Positions 27,486 to 37,154 of a stretch of 64,000 nucleotides of DNA are shown in pieces. How positions within the stretch are numbered: position 1 is the stretch's first letter; each line of letters opens with the position of its first letter. The translations under genes and the position numbers were made by a program. The notes beneath the pieces are model-generated. The model made no database searches, had not been told where the DNA came from, and saw only the letters and a list, made by a program, of their open reading frames with translations. Source of the DNA: an uncultured virus (IMG/VR IMGVR_UViG_3300025402_000005) (taxonomy: Duplodnaviria > Heunggongvirae > Uroviricota > Caudoviricetes); the IMG/VR virus record IMGVR_UViG_3300025402_000005. One strand, written 5' to 3'.

Positions 27486-30400
27486 ATGGCACGCTACGGA
27501 TTTGATTACTATGACGAGTCGTACTATGGAAATAACAACCCGCTAAAGCTTAGCGCTCTTCCTTTTACAGCGACCCCGGGAGCTATTATTCCCGTAGGGT
27601 CATCGAGCTCTTATAGTAATTATGGAACCATAACCTTAAACTGGACAGTGCCCAGTGGTCTTTGGGCTAATTTGGTAGTAGTTAGAAACGTTTATGGTTT
27701 TCCTGTAAACCCTTATGATGGAATACAAGTTTACTCTGCTTACAATGATGGGCGGGCGTTGCCTACGTTTATTGATACAGGTTTGACTGAAGGTGCGTTC
27801 TATTACTACGCAATTTGGATTTTTAACACACTTCAATACACATGGACTAACGCTGGAAATGTTATCGGTCTATCTGTAAAAGACTTCGGCAACTCCGATA
27901 AGATGTACTCTTACCTTCCAGACATTTATAAAATCACTGAGCCCTACACGCCTACCGCAGACTGGGATAACCCACTTCTGCAACAATTCTTAAATAACTT
28001 TGCATTCCAACTTGACTGGGATCAAACTCTAGCCGAGTCACTTATCAATCGTTATGACCCTACAAGTGTCAGCGGGCAATTAATCCCAGCCATGCTTAAT
28101 CAATTCGGTCAAACCTATGAATCCGCAATCGGTCTTCAACAAAATAGAATTTTGCTTAGAGACGCTATTACTTTGACTAAACAGCGCGGATCTATGGACG
28201 GCTTAACAGGTTTCTTAGAGGACTTTACTGGGTGGGCTATTCCTAACCCAACCCCTCAATACACTTTTGCATTAAACTCTAATAATGAAATCGTACCTGT
28301 AGCTCCTACTACAAGCGCGGCCCCAAACCCATCTCTTGATGGTCTGTACTACGGAATTAACTTAATGTTGGACTACAACGACTCTTCTTTTGAGGAAAGC
28401 ACTGGGCACTGGAACTCTGCTGATGGAACAGCTGATTTTGATCAGTTGGGTTCTTTGCTTATTTCAAGCGTATCAATTACATCTAACGTAGCTACTCTTA
28501 ACTTTAAAGTTCCATCTGTAACCTATACTGTTACTTCTGCGTCTATTACTAATAACGTAGCAACCATTACAACTTCGTTTAACCACAACTTAACTGTTGG
28601 ACAAGACATAACAGTGTCTAACGTAGGTGCTTTATACAACGGTAACCAAAGCATCACGTCAGTAACCAGCAACACTATCTCATTTGCATCTTCTACTGTA
28701 AGCGCAGCGGTAACCTCCGTAACAGGAACAGTCATCGGATTCGTTCATCAATACGACGTCGGTAACTGGATCACTGTAACTAACTTGCCTTATCCTATCC
28801 TTAACACTGCAACATCTCCTGTAACACCTGTTCAAATCACAGTCAAAACAGCGACATCAATCAGCTTTGCTTTAACAACCTCTAACTTAGCTTTAAGCAC
28901 TGGCTATAACGCATCTCTCGGGGTATACGGAAATATAAATGCGTATCCAACTCCCGCATCTTTTGACGCTAACGGAATCCTTAATGGGTCTACTTCTACC
29001 TTATGGCCTAACAAGACTACCGGAATACTGGGAGCATATAACTTGTCTGCTAGCCAACAAAATATTGATCTTTATTGCGGTGACGCGGCTCCAGTAACTC
29101 AAGGCATTCCAGTAACTGCGGGTACCTATTACACATGGAGTTTTTACGCGGCCATGGGTTATAGCGGAACCGCAAGAACAGTAACACCTATTATTAAATG
29201 GTATACAAGAACAGGAACCTACATTAGCTCCTCAACAGGAACTGGTGTTCTAGATAACGTAGTTACGTTCTCTTCCAGCTCTCGACCATTTGTGACCACC
29301 GTTGCTCCAGCAAACGCTTACTACGCTACTCCGGGCTTCTCGGTAGCCTCAGTCGGCGGAAGCGCTACTAACGAGCACCACTACTTTGACGCTGGACAGT
29401 TTGAGGCTACCCCAACATCTTTGTCTCCATCTACAAGTGGTAACGTAGCAACAGTAACCGCGGCCTCAGCTAGCGGTAGCGTTATTACATACACAGCTAA
29501 CAATAAGTTCTCACCTAACCAGACCGTATCTATCTCTGGGCTGAACGGATCTGTGGCGATCACCGCTATCGCTGCCTCTTCTGGAGTTGGAACTTACTCA
29601 ACCGCAAGCACAACTGGTCTTTCTGCCGGTCAAAGCATTGTGATATCAGGAGCCACCTCAGCTTCGTATAACGGAACATACACAATCGGTACCGTTACCT
29701 CTAACACTAACTTTACAGTTACCTACGCTGGAAATATCACAGCCGCTACTGGAGCTGCGGGAACAGTTACATACACCTGTTCAAATCAGTTCTACGTAGG
29801 ACAAGTAGTCACCATCACAGGTCTTACTACAACCACAGGATCTTCTCTAAACCTTCCAAGCCAGACTATTACAGCTTTAGTAGGTACCCCAGGCGCGTAC
29901 ACAGGGTTTAAGATCTCAAACGCTACAGTAGGAACTGCTACTGGAACTCAGACAGGTAAGGCAACTCCTGTAGGAACTACCTCAACCGCAACAGGAACTT
30001 ACACCTCTGCCCTCAACCTATCTGGAGCACTTGTAGCCTCAGCGACCACTACCTCGTTTACGGTAGCCAGCACAGTTACAGACCGCGCTGTTAGCGGAGC
30101 TTCTGGATCAGCCGCCTTTGCAGGTCAGTTGTTTGATGAAGCAAGAAACTTGCACATCACGTTTAGAGCTAACAGAATTAACGAGTTAGTAAATCCTAAC
30201 TTCGCAACCACCTCAAACTGGTACCCAACTAGCGCAACGCTGGGAACAGGAACCACACTGCCTTCACCAACAGGAACCATTTACTCGATCGCTAGCACGT
30301 CTATTACTTCAGGTTCACCTACTTCAACAGTTACTGTTACTTTGACAGAACCGCATACCATCCAAAATGGTAACTCTGTTTACATCACCTCTGTATCTGG

Positions 30401-31121
30401 AACAGGTGTTACGGCTACTAACTACAACGGAACTAGAACTCCAGTGGTTCCTGTAATCCCAAGTAACAGCACTACGTACACTCAGTTCACTTACACGATC
30501 ACAGGAACAGTATCTCAAGCATCCCTTCCTACATCTGGAAGCGTCTATGTATCAAGTAACTCTCTACAGGTTACTGCTACTGGAGCAAACGCCGCACTTG
30601 CTTCATGGGATGGATCTACAAACTCTCAACAGACTCCTATCTACTACCCAAATAACTCTTACACATTCAGCATTTATGCTCAAGCTGGAACAGCCACAGA
30701 GACACTAACTCCGTCTATTTCTTGGTACGACTCAACCCACGCACTGATCTCGTCCAGCTCTGGAACCGCAGTGTCTGCCCCAGTTGGGTCATGGGTACGT
30801 CCTTATGTAACTGCGACAGCACCCGCTACTGCGGCTTACGCGATTGTAAAAGTGAACTGGACCACTACAACAGGAAACGTAATCTCTTTCGATCAGGCGC
30901 TCTTTGAGAACTCAGGAGTACTTCAAGCGTACTTTGATGGAAGTGGTGGGCCAGGATTAGCTACCGACTTTAGCTGGGAAAGCGGAAACATTAACTCAGG
31001 TCGTAGCCACTTCTACAAGAACTACTACAACGTAAAGGCTAGATTGGCGCAAGGAGTAATCCAAAGTGCTCTTGTAGCGGGTCAGACTGCCGTAGTTTAT
31101 TTGTCTCAGCCACAGACCTAG
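27486..31121 (+). CDS. Large baseplate wedge/tail fibre-attachment protein with CBM-like and inserted beta domains
   Basis: N-terminal YLPDIY, KQRGS..GL..F....TGW (phage tail protein I-like); CBM-like repeats (NDSSFEE, NPNF, FDAGQFE, FDQALFE). Confidence 0.75.
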   Translation: MARYGFDYYDESYYGNNNPLKLSALPFTATPGAIIPVGSSSSYSNYGTITLNWTVPSGLWANLVVVRNVYGFPVNPYDGIQVYSAYNDGRALPTFIDTGLTEGAFYYYAIWIFNTLQYTWTNAGNVIGLSVKDFGNSDKMYSYLPDIYKITEPYTPTADWDNPLLQQFLNNFAFQLDWDQTLAESLINRYDPTSVSGQLIPAMLNQFGQTYESAIGLQQNRILLRDAITLTKQRGSMDGLTGFLEDFTGWAIPNPTPQYTFALNSNNEIVPVAPTTSAAPNPSLDGLYYGINLMLDYNDSSFEESTGHWNSADGTADFDQLGSLLISSVSITSNVATLNFKVPSVTYTVTSASITNNVATITTSFNHNLTVGQDITVSNVGALYNGNQSITSVTSNTISFASSTVSAAVTSVTGTVIGFVHQYDVGNWITVTNLPYPILNTATSPVTPVQITVKTATSISFALTTSNLALSTGYNASLGVYGNINAYPTPASFDANGILNGSTSTLWPNKTTGILGAYNLSASQQNIDLYCGDAAPVTQGIPVTAGTYYTWSFYAAMGYSGTARTVTPIIKWYTRTGTYISSSTGTGVLDNVVTFSSSSRPFVTTVAPANAYYATPGFSVASVGGSATNEHHYFDAGQFEATPTSLSPSTSGNVATVTAASASGSVITYTANNKFSPNQTVSISGLNGSVAITAIAASSGVGTYSTASTTGLSAGQSIVISGATSASYNGTYTIGTVTSNTNFTVTYAGNITAATGAAGTVTYTCSNQFYVGQVVTITGLTTTTGSSLNLPSQTITALVGTPGAYTGFKISNATVGTATGTQTGKATPVGTTSTATGTYTSALNLSGALVASATTTSFTVASTVTDRAVSGASGSAAFAGQLFDEARNLHITFRANRINELVNPNFATTSNWYPTSATLGTGTTLPSPTGTIYSIASTSITSGSPTSTVTVTLTEPHTIQNGNSVYITSVSGTGVTATNYNGTRTPVVPVIPSNSTTYTQFTYTITGTVSQASLPTSGSVYVSSNSLQVTATGANAALASWDGSTNSQQTPIYYPNNSYTFSIYAQAGTATETLTPSISWYDSTHALISSSSGTAVSAPVGSWVRPYVTATAPATAAYAIVKVNWTTTTGNVISFDQALFENSGVLQAYFDGSGGPGLATDFSWESGNINSGRSHFYKNYYNVKARLAQGVIQSALVAGQTAVVYLSQPQT

Positions 31122-31133
31122 TACACTTTACCC

Positions 31134-31409
31134 ATGTTCACACTAACACTTGTAGGCCTTTTCTCTGGTTTCTTCCTAGCCGTCTTAGACCCAATCCTTG
31201 AGTTTGTAGCTTTATACCTTGGTGGGCGCGTAACTCAAACGCTCTGCGCTTTACTTGCCTCAGCCCTAGGCACATGGCTAGCGGAAGATCTTTCCTTTAA
31301 GCCTTACGTTCTGCACGTCGTAGCTGGCGCTTTCTTAGGCGTTATGTTCTACACGATCGTAGAGAAGGTCGCTACTTACAGACCGACTATTATCAATTCC
31401 GCAAGATAG
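31134..31409 (+). CDS. Small membrane protein, possible holin
   Basis: About three hydrophobic segments in 91 aa; leaderless TACACT-N6-ATG start. Confidence 0.45.
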   Translation: MFTLTLVGLFSGFFLAVLDPILEFVALYLGGRVTQTLCALLASALGTWLAEDLSFKPYVLHVVAGAFLGVMFYTIVEKVATYRPTIINSAR

Positions 31410-31444
31410 TGGTAGGGTAAGTCCACCTTAACGGAGGAGGACTT

Positions 31445-32062
31445 ATGGACGAGAAGTATTACGTTCTAGTTGTAGGCAAAGGGCAAACAAGTCGCGCGAA
31501 TGTAGATGCGCTGATGGAAGACTATTACTACGCAAAGGGCGCTAACGGCACCCTTGTACTTGCCTTTGAAGGCCGCCCTAGTGATGGACAGGTCTATGCA
31601 GCTCAGTTAGCCAAGGATAAGAGCATCGATATCCTCGTATGGAATACGACCGTCGATGCCCCGGGGCTCCCCGCCTGTAGCGTTACCCAAAGCCCTAACC
31701 CAATCTACGATGCCATAGATCATTTCGACGGCGATAACTGCGCTGTCTTTTTCCTTTTTGACGACAATAGCCAAGAGGCTTTGGCATATTGCGGGGAAAA
31801 AGTCCCAGCCTACGACCTGACTGAGGGACTAAAGCGACTATCTCCAACCCCTAAAGTGGAACAAGAGGTTACCCATAGTCCGACTACTGAAGAGCTGGAG
31901 GAGATCTTTGCAGAGCCTGAGGAGACGGAAGAGGAAGACTCTGACTTAGAATCTAAAGTCCGCCAGCTGGTCACTACCCGCCTTTTAAGCCTAGTCGACA
32001 CTCTGACAGAGGACGTGCTGTGGCTACTATGTACCCCAAATTCGCCTTCTAAGGGGGAATAG
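31445..32062 (+). CDS. Hypothetical protein with acidic C-terminus
   Basis: GGAGG RBS; 205-aa ORF. Confidence 0.55.
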   Translation: MDEKYYVLVVGKGQTSRANVDALMEDYYYAKGANGTLVLAFEGRPSDGQVYAAQLAKDKSIDILVWNTTVDAPGLPACSVTQSPNPIYDAIDHFDGDNCAVFFLFDDNSQEALAYCGEKVPAYDLTEGLKRLSPTPKVEQEVTHSPTTEELEEIFAEPEETEEEDSDLESKVRQLVTTRLLSLVDTLTEDVLWLLCTPNSPSKGE

Positions 32063-32065
32063 AGC

Positions 32066-32893
32066 TTGTTTACTGCGGTACACCTAAAAGTACTCAAGGC
32101 CATGCTGTACAGCCCCGCCGGAAGGGGTTCTAAGGTCATTGCTGGGGATGTGGGGCTTGGCATCAATAAGACCCAGGGGATCATAAATAACCTTAGGGAC
32201 TTTGGGATGATTGAAACAAGAAGAGTTAGAGACCCTAACGGGACAATTCGTGGCGAAATAACGTTCACAGAACTGGGCTACCGTGCCGCGGCAATAGACA
32301 AGACGACTGCTGATGACAGTAGTCACTTAATAACTAATAACAGAAGTGACAGTAGTCATGTTATACAGTTAACCGAATATCTCGGCTACGCCGAGAAGGG
32401 GAAAGCGCGTATGGATTATTTCGAGTTTGAAGAAGATCGGCTAGCTGCGGCGGAGAAAGCCCGCGCGGAGAAGCACCGCGCCAAAGAGGAAGCCAACGCT
32501 AAGAAGGCTGAGGCGCAGCGCATGAAGAAGCGGGATACCGACCCCGCTAAGTGGACGATCACAGACACTGCCTTTGAGTTTGCTGAGCAGATGCACCAGA
32601 TATGGCACGTTAAGCCTTGGAAGGTAACCACGAGCCGTTTTAGGGTTGCTCTGGCTAATTCTAGAAACGAGCACGGTACTACCGGACCTATCGAGAAGGT
32701 CATGATCGATTTGTACTTTCAGCAGATAAAGCACAATACTCAGATCAATGACCCTGAGCATATTTGGAAACGCTTTATCCAGCAGTACTATAGCCTCATG
32801 GTAGAGGCTCAACGCTTGATGATTACTCCAGAAGATGTTAAGAGGGCTAAAGAAAAGTCCATGAAGTCAAGAGAGAGGTTGCGCGATGTATAG
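32066..32893 (+). CDS. Putative replication initiator (N-terminal winged HTH)
   Basis: IAGDVGLG..K...IINNLRDFGMI HTH; low-complexity middle with direct repeats; directly upstream of DnaC-like gene. Confidence 0.5.
   Translation: MFTAVHLKVLKAMLYSPAGRGSKVIAGDVGLGINKTQGIINNLRDFGMIETRRVRDPNGTIRGEITFTELGYRAAAIDKTTADDSSHLITNNRSDSSHVIQLTEYLGYAEKGKARMDYFEFEEDRLAAAEKARAEKHRAKEEANAKKAEAQRMKKRDTDPAKWTITDTAFEFAEQMHQIWHVKPWKVTTSRFRVALANSRNEHGTTGPIEKVMIDLYFQQIKHNTQINDPEHIWKRFIQQYYSLMVEAQRLMITPEDVKRAKEKSMKSRERLRDV
32314..32358. repeat. Direct repeat TGACAGTAGTCA x2 (putative iterons)
   Basis: Exact 12-mers at 32314-32325 and 32347-32358 separated by an AT-rich spacer. Confidence 0.6.
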
Positions 32894-33587
32894 TCTTGCA
32901 GACAAGGAAGTTGTAAAGCTTCGTCGTAGGCATTGGATCCAAGCTTCCAACATTCCTCAAGCTCGTATTGGTTGGCTCTTAGAGGATTGCTCAGAGGTAG
33001 AAGACGACGTCATGTCGGATGTAAAACTCTGGGTAAAGAAAGTCTTAGAGGGTAAAGTTATTCGGTCTATCGGTAGTAAAGACTGCGGTTTAGGTTTGAT
33101 GCTTTGGGGAACCCCAGGACTTGGTAAAACAACTCTTGCACTTTCAATCATTCAAGAGATGATGATTAATTTTCCTATCGAAGCTTTCGATGTTCGTGAA
33201 GGTAACACTGTTATAACACCTTGTTACTTTTCTACATACAACGACATCCTTGATCTCAAGGGTCGTACTATGGAAGAGACCGTAAATGACTTAGATATTA
33301 ATCTTTACAACGGTTTACTTGGCGAATGCCGTAACGATGCTTTCAATGTTCGTGTGCTCATTATAGACGACATTGGTAAAGAGCACGCTAGCTTAAGCGG
33401 TTGGCAAAAGAATATGCTTCATCATATTTTGAGGACACGCTTTAACAACGGATTGCCTACTATTGTTACCACTAACATTGAACTAGATGATTGGGCGGGT
33501 CTTTACGGTGATGCTACAGAGAGCTTTGCACACGAAGCATTTGTGTATCTACCGCTTGAATCTGGCGGGAAAGACCTACGCAAATGA
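32886..33587 (+). CDS. DnaC/IstB-like AAA+ helicase loader
   Basis: Walker A GTPGLGKT, Walker B LIIDDIGKE, R.....PTIVTTN. Confidence 0.85.
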   Translation: MYSLADKEVVKLRRRHWIQASNIPQARIGWLLEDCSEVEDDVMSDVKLWVKKVLEGKVIRSIGSKDCGLGLMLWGTPGLGKTTLALSIIQEMMINFPIEAFDVREGNTVITPCYFSTYNDILDLKGRTMEETVNDLDINLYNGLLGECRNDAFNVRVLIIDDIGKEHASLSGWQKNMLHHILRTRFNNGLPTIVTTNIELDDWAGLYGDATESFAHEAFVYLPLESGGKDLRK

Positions 33588-33892
33588 AGGACTTTACTGT
33601 GAGTGATAAGCGCTTGCTTCAGATCTTTCTTCCTGAAGTAAAAGACTCTTATGAAATTTCAGAGGTCTACGCTGATGACGCGGGGGACTTATCCTGTAAC
33701 TGTTCTACCTACGTTAAGCGTAAGTCCTGTAAGCATGTGCGACTCATTCAAGCTCGCGTAGACGCTAATGACGGTCGGTATGTCCCTGAGATTTTAAGAA
33801 GTGCATCCCAATCAGAGGCGGAGTTGGCAAAAACTTCTAATGATGCTTACAATCACTTCCTTAGAAGATACGGAAAAATAGAGGTTTACTAA
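33584..33892 (+). CDS. SWIM-type zinc-finger protein
   Basis: CNC...CKH motif. Confidence 0.6.
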   Translation: MKDFTVSDKRLLQIFLPEVKDSYEISEVYADDAGDLSCNCSTYVKRKSCKHVRLIQARVDANDGRYVPEILRSASQSEAELAKTSNDAYNHFLRRYGKIEVY

Positions 33893-34299
33893 TGCGCAAT
33901 GGGGATATAAGCAACGAGCTTCCCCGTAGAGTGCTGGTAGTTACTGATGTAATTACCGAAACGGAATTAGTAATTAAAAAGAAACTTAGATTTCTTAAAG
34001 TACCTGAATATAAAAAACACATACGTCGTGATGTGTTAAGTCGTTTTTACTTATACACAACCCACAGAGAAGTAACTTTAGAGTTAATCTCTTACGATCT
34101 AGACAGTCAAGAACTTGAGTCCTTCATGGATGCTATTGACAAGGCTGGGACTAATCCGTTTAGATACTTCTCTTCCTACGGATCAATAAATGATTTAATG
34201 GCTGAGCTACCTTACAGACCTGAGGTGGTTGGTGTTATAGATAAACCGGATAAACTGCTACGGTACGGACACTGGGGATTGGAGTTCAACCGACTATGA
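33892..34299 (+). CDS. Hypothetical protein
   Basis: Coupled ORF in the replication operon. Confidence 0.55.
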   Translation: MRNGDISNELPRRVLVVTDVITETELVIKKKLRFLKVPEYKKHIRRDVLSRFYLYTTHREVTLELISYDLDSQELESFMDAIDKAGTNPFRYFSSYGSINDLMAELPYRPEVVGVIDKPDKLLRYGHWGLEFNRL

Positions 34300-35540
34300 A
34301 TAACGAAGCAAAGCTACTTAGTAAAGTAGTAGAGGATAGAAACCTTGGCGACATTCTTGAAAAGGGAATTACTGAATCTTGGTTTTCTGACCCACAGGAT
34401 AAAAAGTTATTTCTTTTTTTAAGAGATCACTTTGTTAAGTACCAAGAAACTCCAAGCCTAGATGTAGTGAAAGAAAACTTTCCTACATATAAAACTTTGT
34501 CAGAGCAAGGGTCTCCAGTACAAGACTCTGTAGATTATTTAATTGATGACCTTGTAGCTAAGCGCCGTAAAAAGTTTATTTCAGATACTTTAGGAAGTGC
34601 TATCGACCACATTGATAGCCCTACTCCTGATCATGAATCCGCACTTCTTGCTTTACAAAAAGGCATACTAAAGCTTGAAGAGTCTGGTCTTAATAAGACC
34701 TCAGACATTGAAGTAACTAAGGCTGCTAAGAACGCGCGTGCTGAATATGAATTTAGAAAGACTAACCCGGGACTTCTAGGGTTACCTACAGGTTTTCCCA
34801 CTATGGACATCGCTACCTCTGGATTACAACCTGAACAACTTATTGTGATTATTGCTCCACCTAAAACTGGTAAGTCAACCTTGGCTTTGCAGATTGCCAT
34901 CACAGCTCACCTACAGAATAAGCGCCCACTTTTTATTTCTTTTGAGATGAGTAACAAAGAACAACTCAGCCGTTACTATGCTATGCGAGCTAAGATTTCT
35001 CATAAGCGACTTATGACTGGTTCCCTTACTCCTGAAGAAGAGGCTCGGTTCTACACAATCTCTAGAGGTATTGAAGCCATGAAGGAAGAACTTTGGTTTT
35101 CAGGATCAGCTGAAGGTCAAACTGTCAGTGCCATTGCCAGCAAGATTCAAGCAAAGCAACCAGACATTGTGTTTATCGATGGAACATACTTGATGATTGA
35201 TGAGCAGACAGGTGAATCAAACACTCCTCAAGCGATCACTAACATCACCCGTGCGCTCAAGCGTCTAGCTCAGAAAACTAAGCTTCCTATTGTTATCTCA
35301 ACTCAGGTACTTACTTGGAAGATGAAGGGCGGAAACGTAAGCGCAGACTCTATCGGTTACTCTTCCTCTTTTCATCAGGATGCAGACGTTATCTTTGGTC
35401 TACAACGTGAGAGCGATAATGTTGACGATACCCGTCTACTGCGAGTAGTGGCTAGTCGTAATGGCGGACTTGTAGATGTTTCATTAGTATGGGATTGGGA
35501 AACTGGACAGTTTAGAGAGTTGGAGGCAGGAGACCTATGA
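34296..35540 (+). CDS. dnaB: DnaB-like replicative helicase
   Basis: GLPTGF, APPKTGKS, FISFEM, VFIDG, LKRLA, QDADV. Confidence 0.9.
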   Translation: MNNEAKLLSKVVEDRNLGDILEKGITESWFSDPQDKKLFLFLRDHFVKYQETPSLDVVKENFPTYKTLSEQGSPVQDSVDYLIDDLVAKRRKKFISDTLGSAIDHIDSPTPDHESALLALQKGILKLEESGLNKTSDIEVTKAAKNARAEYEFRKTNPGLLGLPTGFPTMDIATSGLQPEQLIVIIAPPKTGKSTLALQIAITAHLQNKRPLFISFEMSNKEQLSRYYAMRAKISHKRLMTGSLTPEEEARFYTISRGIEAMKEELWFSGSAEGQTVSAIASKIQAKQPDIVFIDGTYLMIDEQTGESNTPQAITNITRALKRLAQKTKLPIVISTQVLTWKMKGGNVSADSIGYSSSFHQDADVIFGLQRESDNVDDTRLLRVVASRNGGLVDVSLVWDWETGQFRELEAGDL

Positions 35541-35686
35541 AGTACATGACTTACGGTTTCTTTGCCAAGGAGTGGTCTGGAGAATGCGGTGCTTGCGGTA
35601 CGGAGTTGTTCGCTCCCACACAGGGCGCCTACATCGTTAACCACAGCGCGCACACTCACTCAAATAAGTGCTTAGGTGGTTACTAA
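35537..35686 (+). CDS. 49-aa zinc-finger-like protein (not in ORF track)
   Basis: ECGACG...H..H...C; ATGA/TAATG overlaps. Confidence 0.5.
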   Translation: MKYMTYGFFAKEWSGECGACGTELFAPTQGAYIVNHSAHTHSNKCLGGY

Positions 35687-36615
35687 TGACTTCAGAAGAC
35701 ATGGAAGACCTACTAGACCGTCTAGGTATTGAGGTTATTGGATCTCGCGGTTCAGAGGTTCAAGGAGCTTGCCCAGCTCATTTAGAACGCACAGGTCATG
35801 TTGACCACAACCCTTCTTGGTTTATTAACTCAGATACCGGTGCTCACATCTGCTTCAGCTGTGGCTTTAAGGGGGGCTTGTATTCTTTAATCAGTTACAC
35901 ACAGGGTATTGAATACGAGAAAGCGCGAGAGTGGATTGGCGCTGAAGATGATCTGATTGTTAAGTACGACCGAGCTGTACGAGAGAAGAAGAACGAACTT
36001 CCAGAGCAGACGATTATCACTGAATCAATGCTTGCCGCTTTTGTAGAGCCTCCAGAAGAGGCTTTGCTCTCTAGAGGTCTCACTCCATCTATGGCGCGGG
36101 AGTACGGTCTTCTATGGGATCGTTTGCGCGAGTCTTGGATTATCCCCGTAAGAGATGCTGTGACAGGTTCCTTGTGCGGTTGGCAGGAAAAGGGTTACAA
36201 GACTCGTCACTTCAATAACTACCCTAAGGGTATGAAGAAAAACGTTTCCTTATTCGGCTACCAGCAATACTCTGGCGGAGACATGATTGTTGTTGAGTCT
36301 CCCCTAGATGTCGTTAGATTGGCTTCAGTAGGCATTAGAGGCGGGGTAGCCACCTTTGGTTGCTCAGTGTCAACGCCTCAGATTAATGTCATTAGAGGGG
36401 CAGATAGGGTTATCTTTGCTATGGATAACGATGATGCCGGTAAGCAGTCCAACAAGGAACTATTAAACGCTTGTAAGTCCTATTGGTTTGAGGCATGGTT
36501 TTTTGACTATTCCCATACAGACTGCAAGGATATTGGCGGTATGAGTAAGTCGGAGATTTTGGATGGGCTTAGAAGTGCTAAGCACATGCTACATGGAGAT
36601 AAGGCACTAGTGTGA
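35686..36615 (+). CDS. DNA primase (zinc finger + TOPRIM)
   Basis: CPAH...CFSCG zinc finger; VVESPLD, DNDDAG, KDIG. Confidence 0.9.
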   Translation: MTSEDMEDLLDRLGIEVIGSRGSEVQGACPAHLERTGHVDHNPSWFINSDTGAHICFSCGFKGGLYSLISYTQGIEYEKAREWIGAEDDLIVKYDRAVREKKNELPEQTIITESMLAAFVEPPEEALLSRGLTPSMAREYGLLWDRLRESWIIPVRDAVTGSLCGWQEKGYKTRHFNNYPKGMKKNVSLFGYQQYSGGDMIVVESPLDVVRLASVGIRGGVATFGCSVSTPQINVIRGADRVIFAMDNDDAGKQSNKELLNACKSYWFEAWFFDYSHTDCKDIGGMSKSEILDGLRSAKHMLHGDKALV

Positions 36616-37154
36616 TTATTGGATTAACAGGGTATGCCCGCGCAGGCAAAGATACTGTCGCACAAGTACTTATTGAAAGCTATGGATTTGAACGCGTGGC
36701 TTTTGCGGATCCTATTCGTGAACTTCTTTTAGAGATGAATCCAATTTTAGAAGACGGATTTAGACTCAACGAAGTTATTAAAGAATTTGGTTGGGAAGTC
36801 GCTAAGGGTAAATCGGAAGTTAGGCGCCTACTACAATCTTTAGGATTGGGGGCTAGAAACGTTATTGACCCTGATATTTGGATAATCAAAGCTCTTCGTA
36901 CCATGTCCGGTGAAGGGAACTACGTAATCACTGATGTGCGTTTTCAAAATGAAGCCGAAACTCTTACATCCCCTTTCAGAAAAGGTAAAGCGCAAATTTG
37001 GCGCATTGAGCGTCCAAATGTAACTGCTGTTAATGGGCATATTTCCGAGTCTGATCTAGACGGTTATCCTGTAGACGCCACTATTTACAACAACTCCAAT
37101 ATTGAAGACCTAGTAGCCACGGTTAAAGCCCGTATGGTAGGTTTACTTGCATGA
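36612..37154 (+). CDS. Deoxynucleoside monophosphate kinase
   Basis: IIGLTGYARAGKDT, AFADPIR, RRLLQ.LG, ITDVRF.NE, HISE. Confidence 0.9.
   Translation: MIIGLTGYARAGKDTVAQVLIESYGFERVAFADPIRELLLEMNPILEDGFRLNEVIKEFGWEVAKGKSEVRRLLQSLGLGARNVIDPDIWIIKALRTMSGEGNYVITDVRFQNEAETLTSPFRKGKAQIWRIERPNVTAVNGHISESDLDGYPVDATIYNNSNIEDLVATVKARMVGLLA

Noticed and set aside
16385..31121. Bacterial extracellular contractile injection system or tailocin
   Set aside because: Contiguous with phage replication, recombination and early genes; no host housekeeping context
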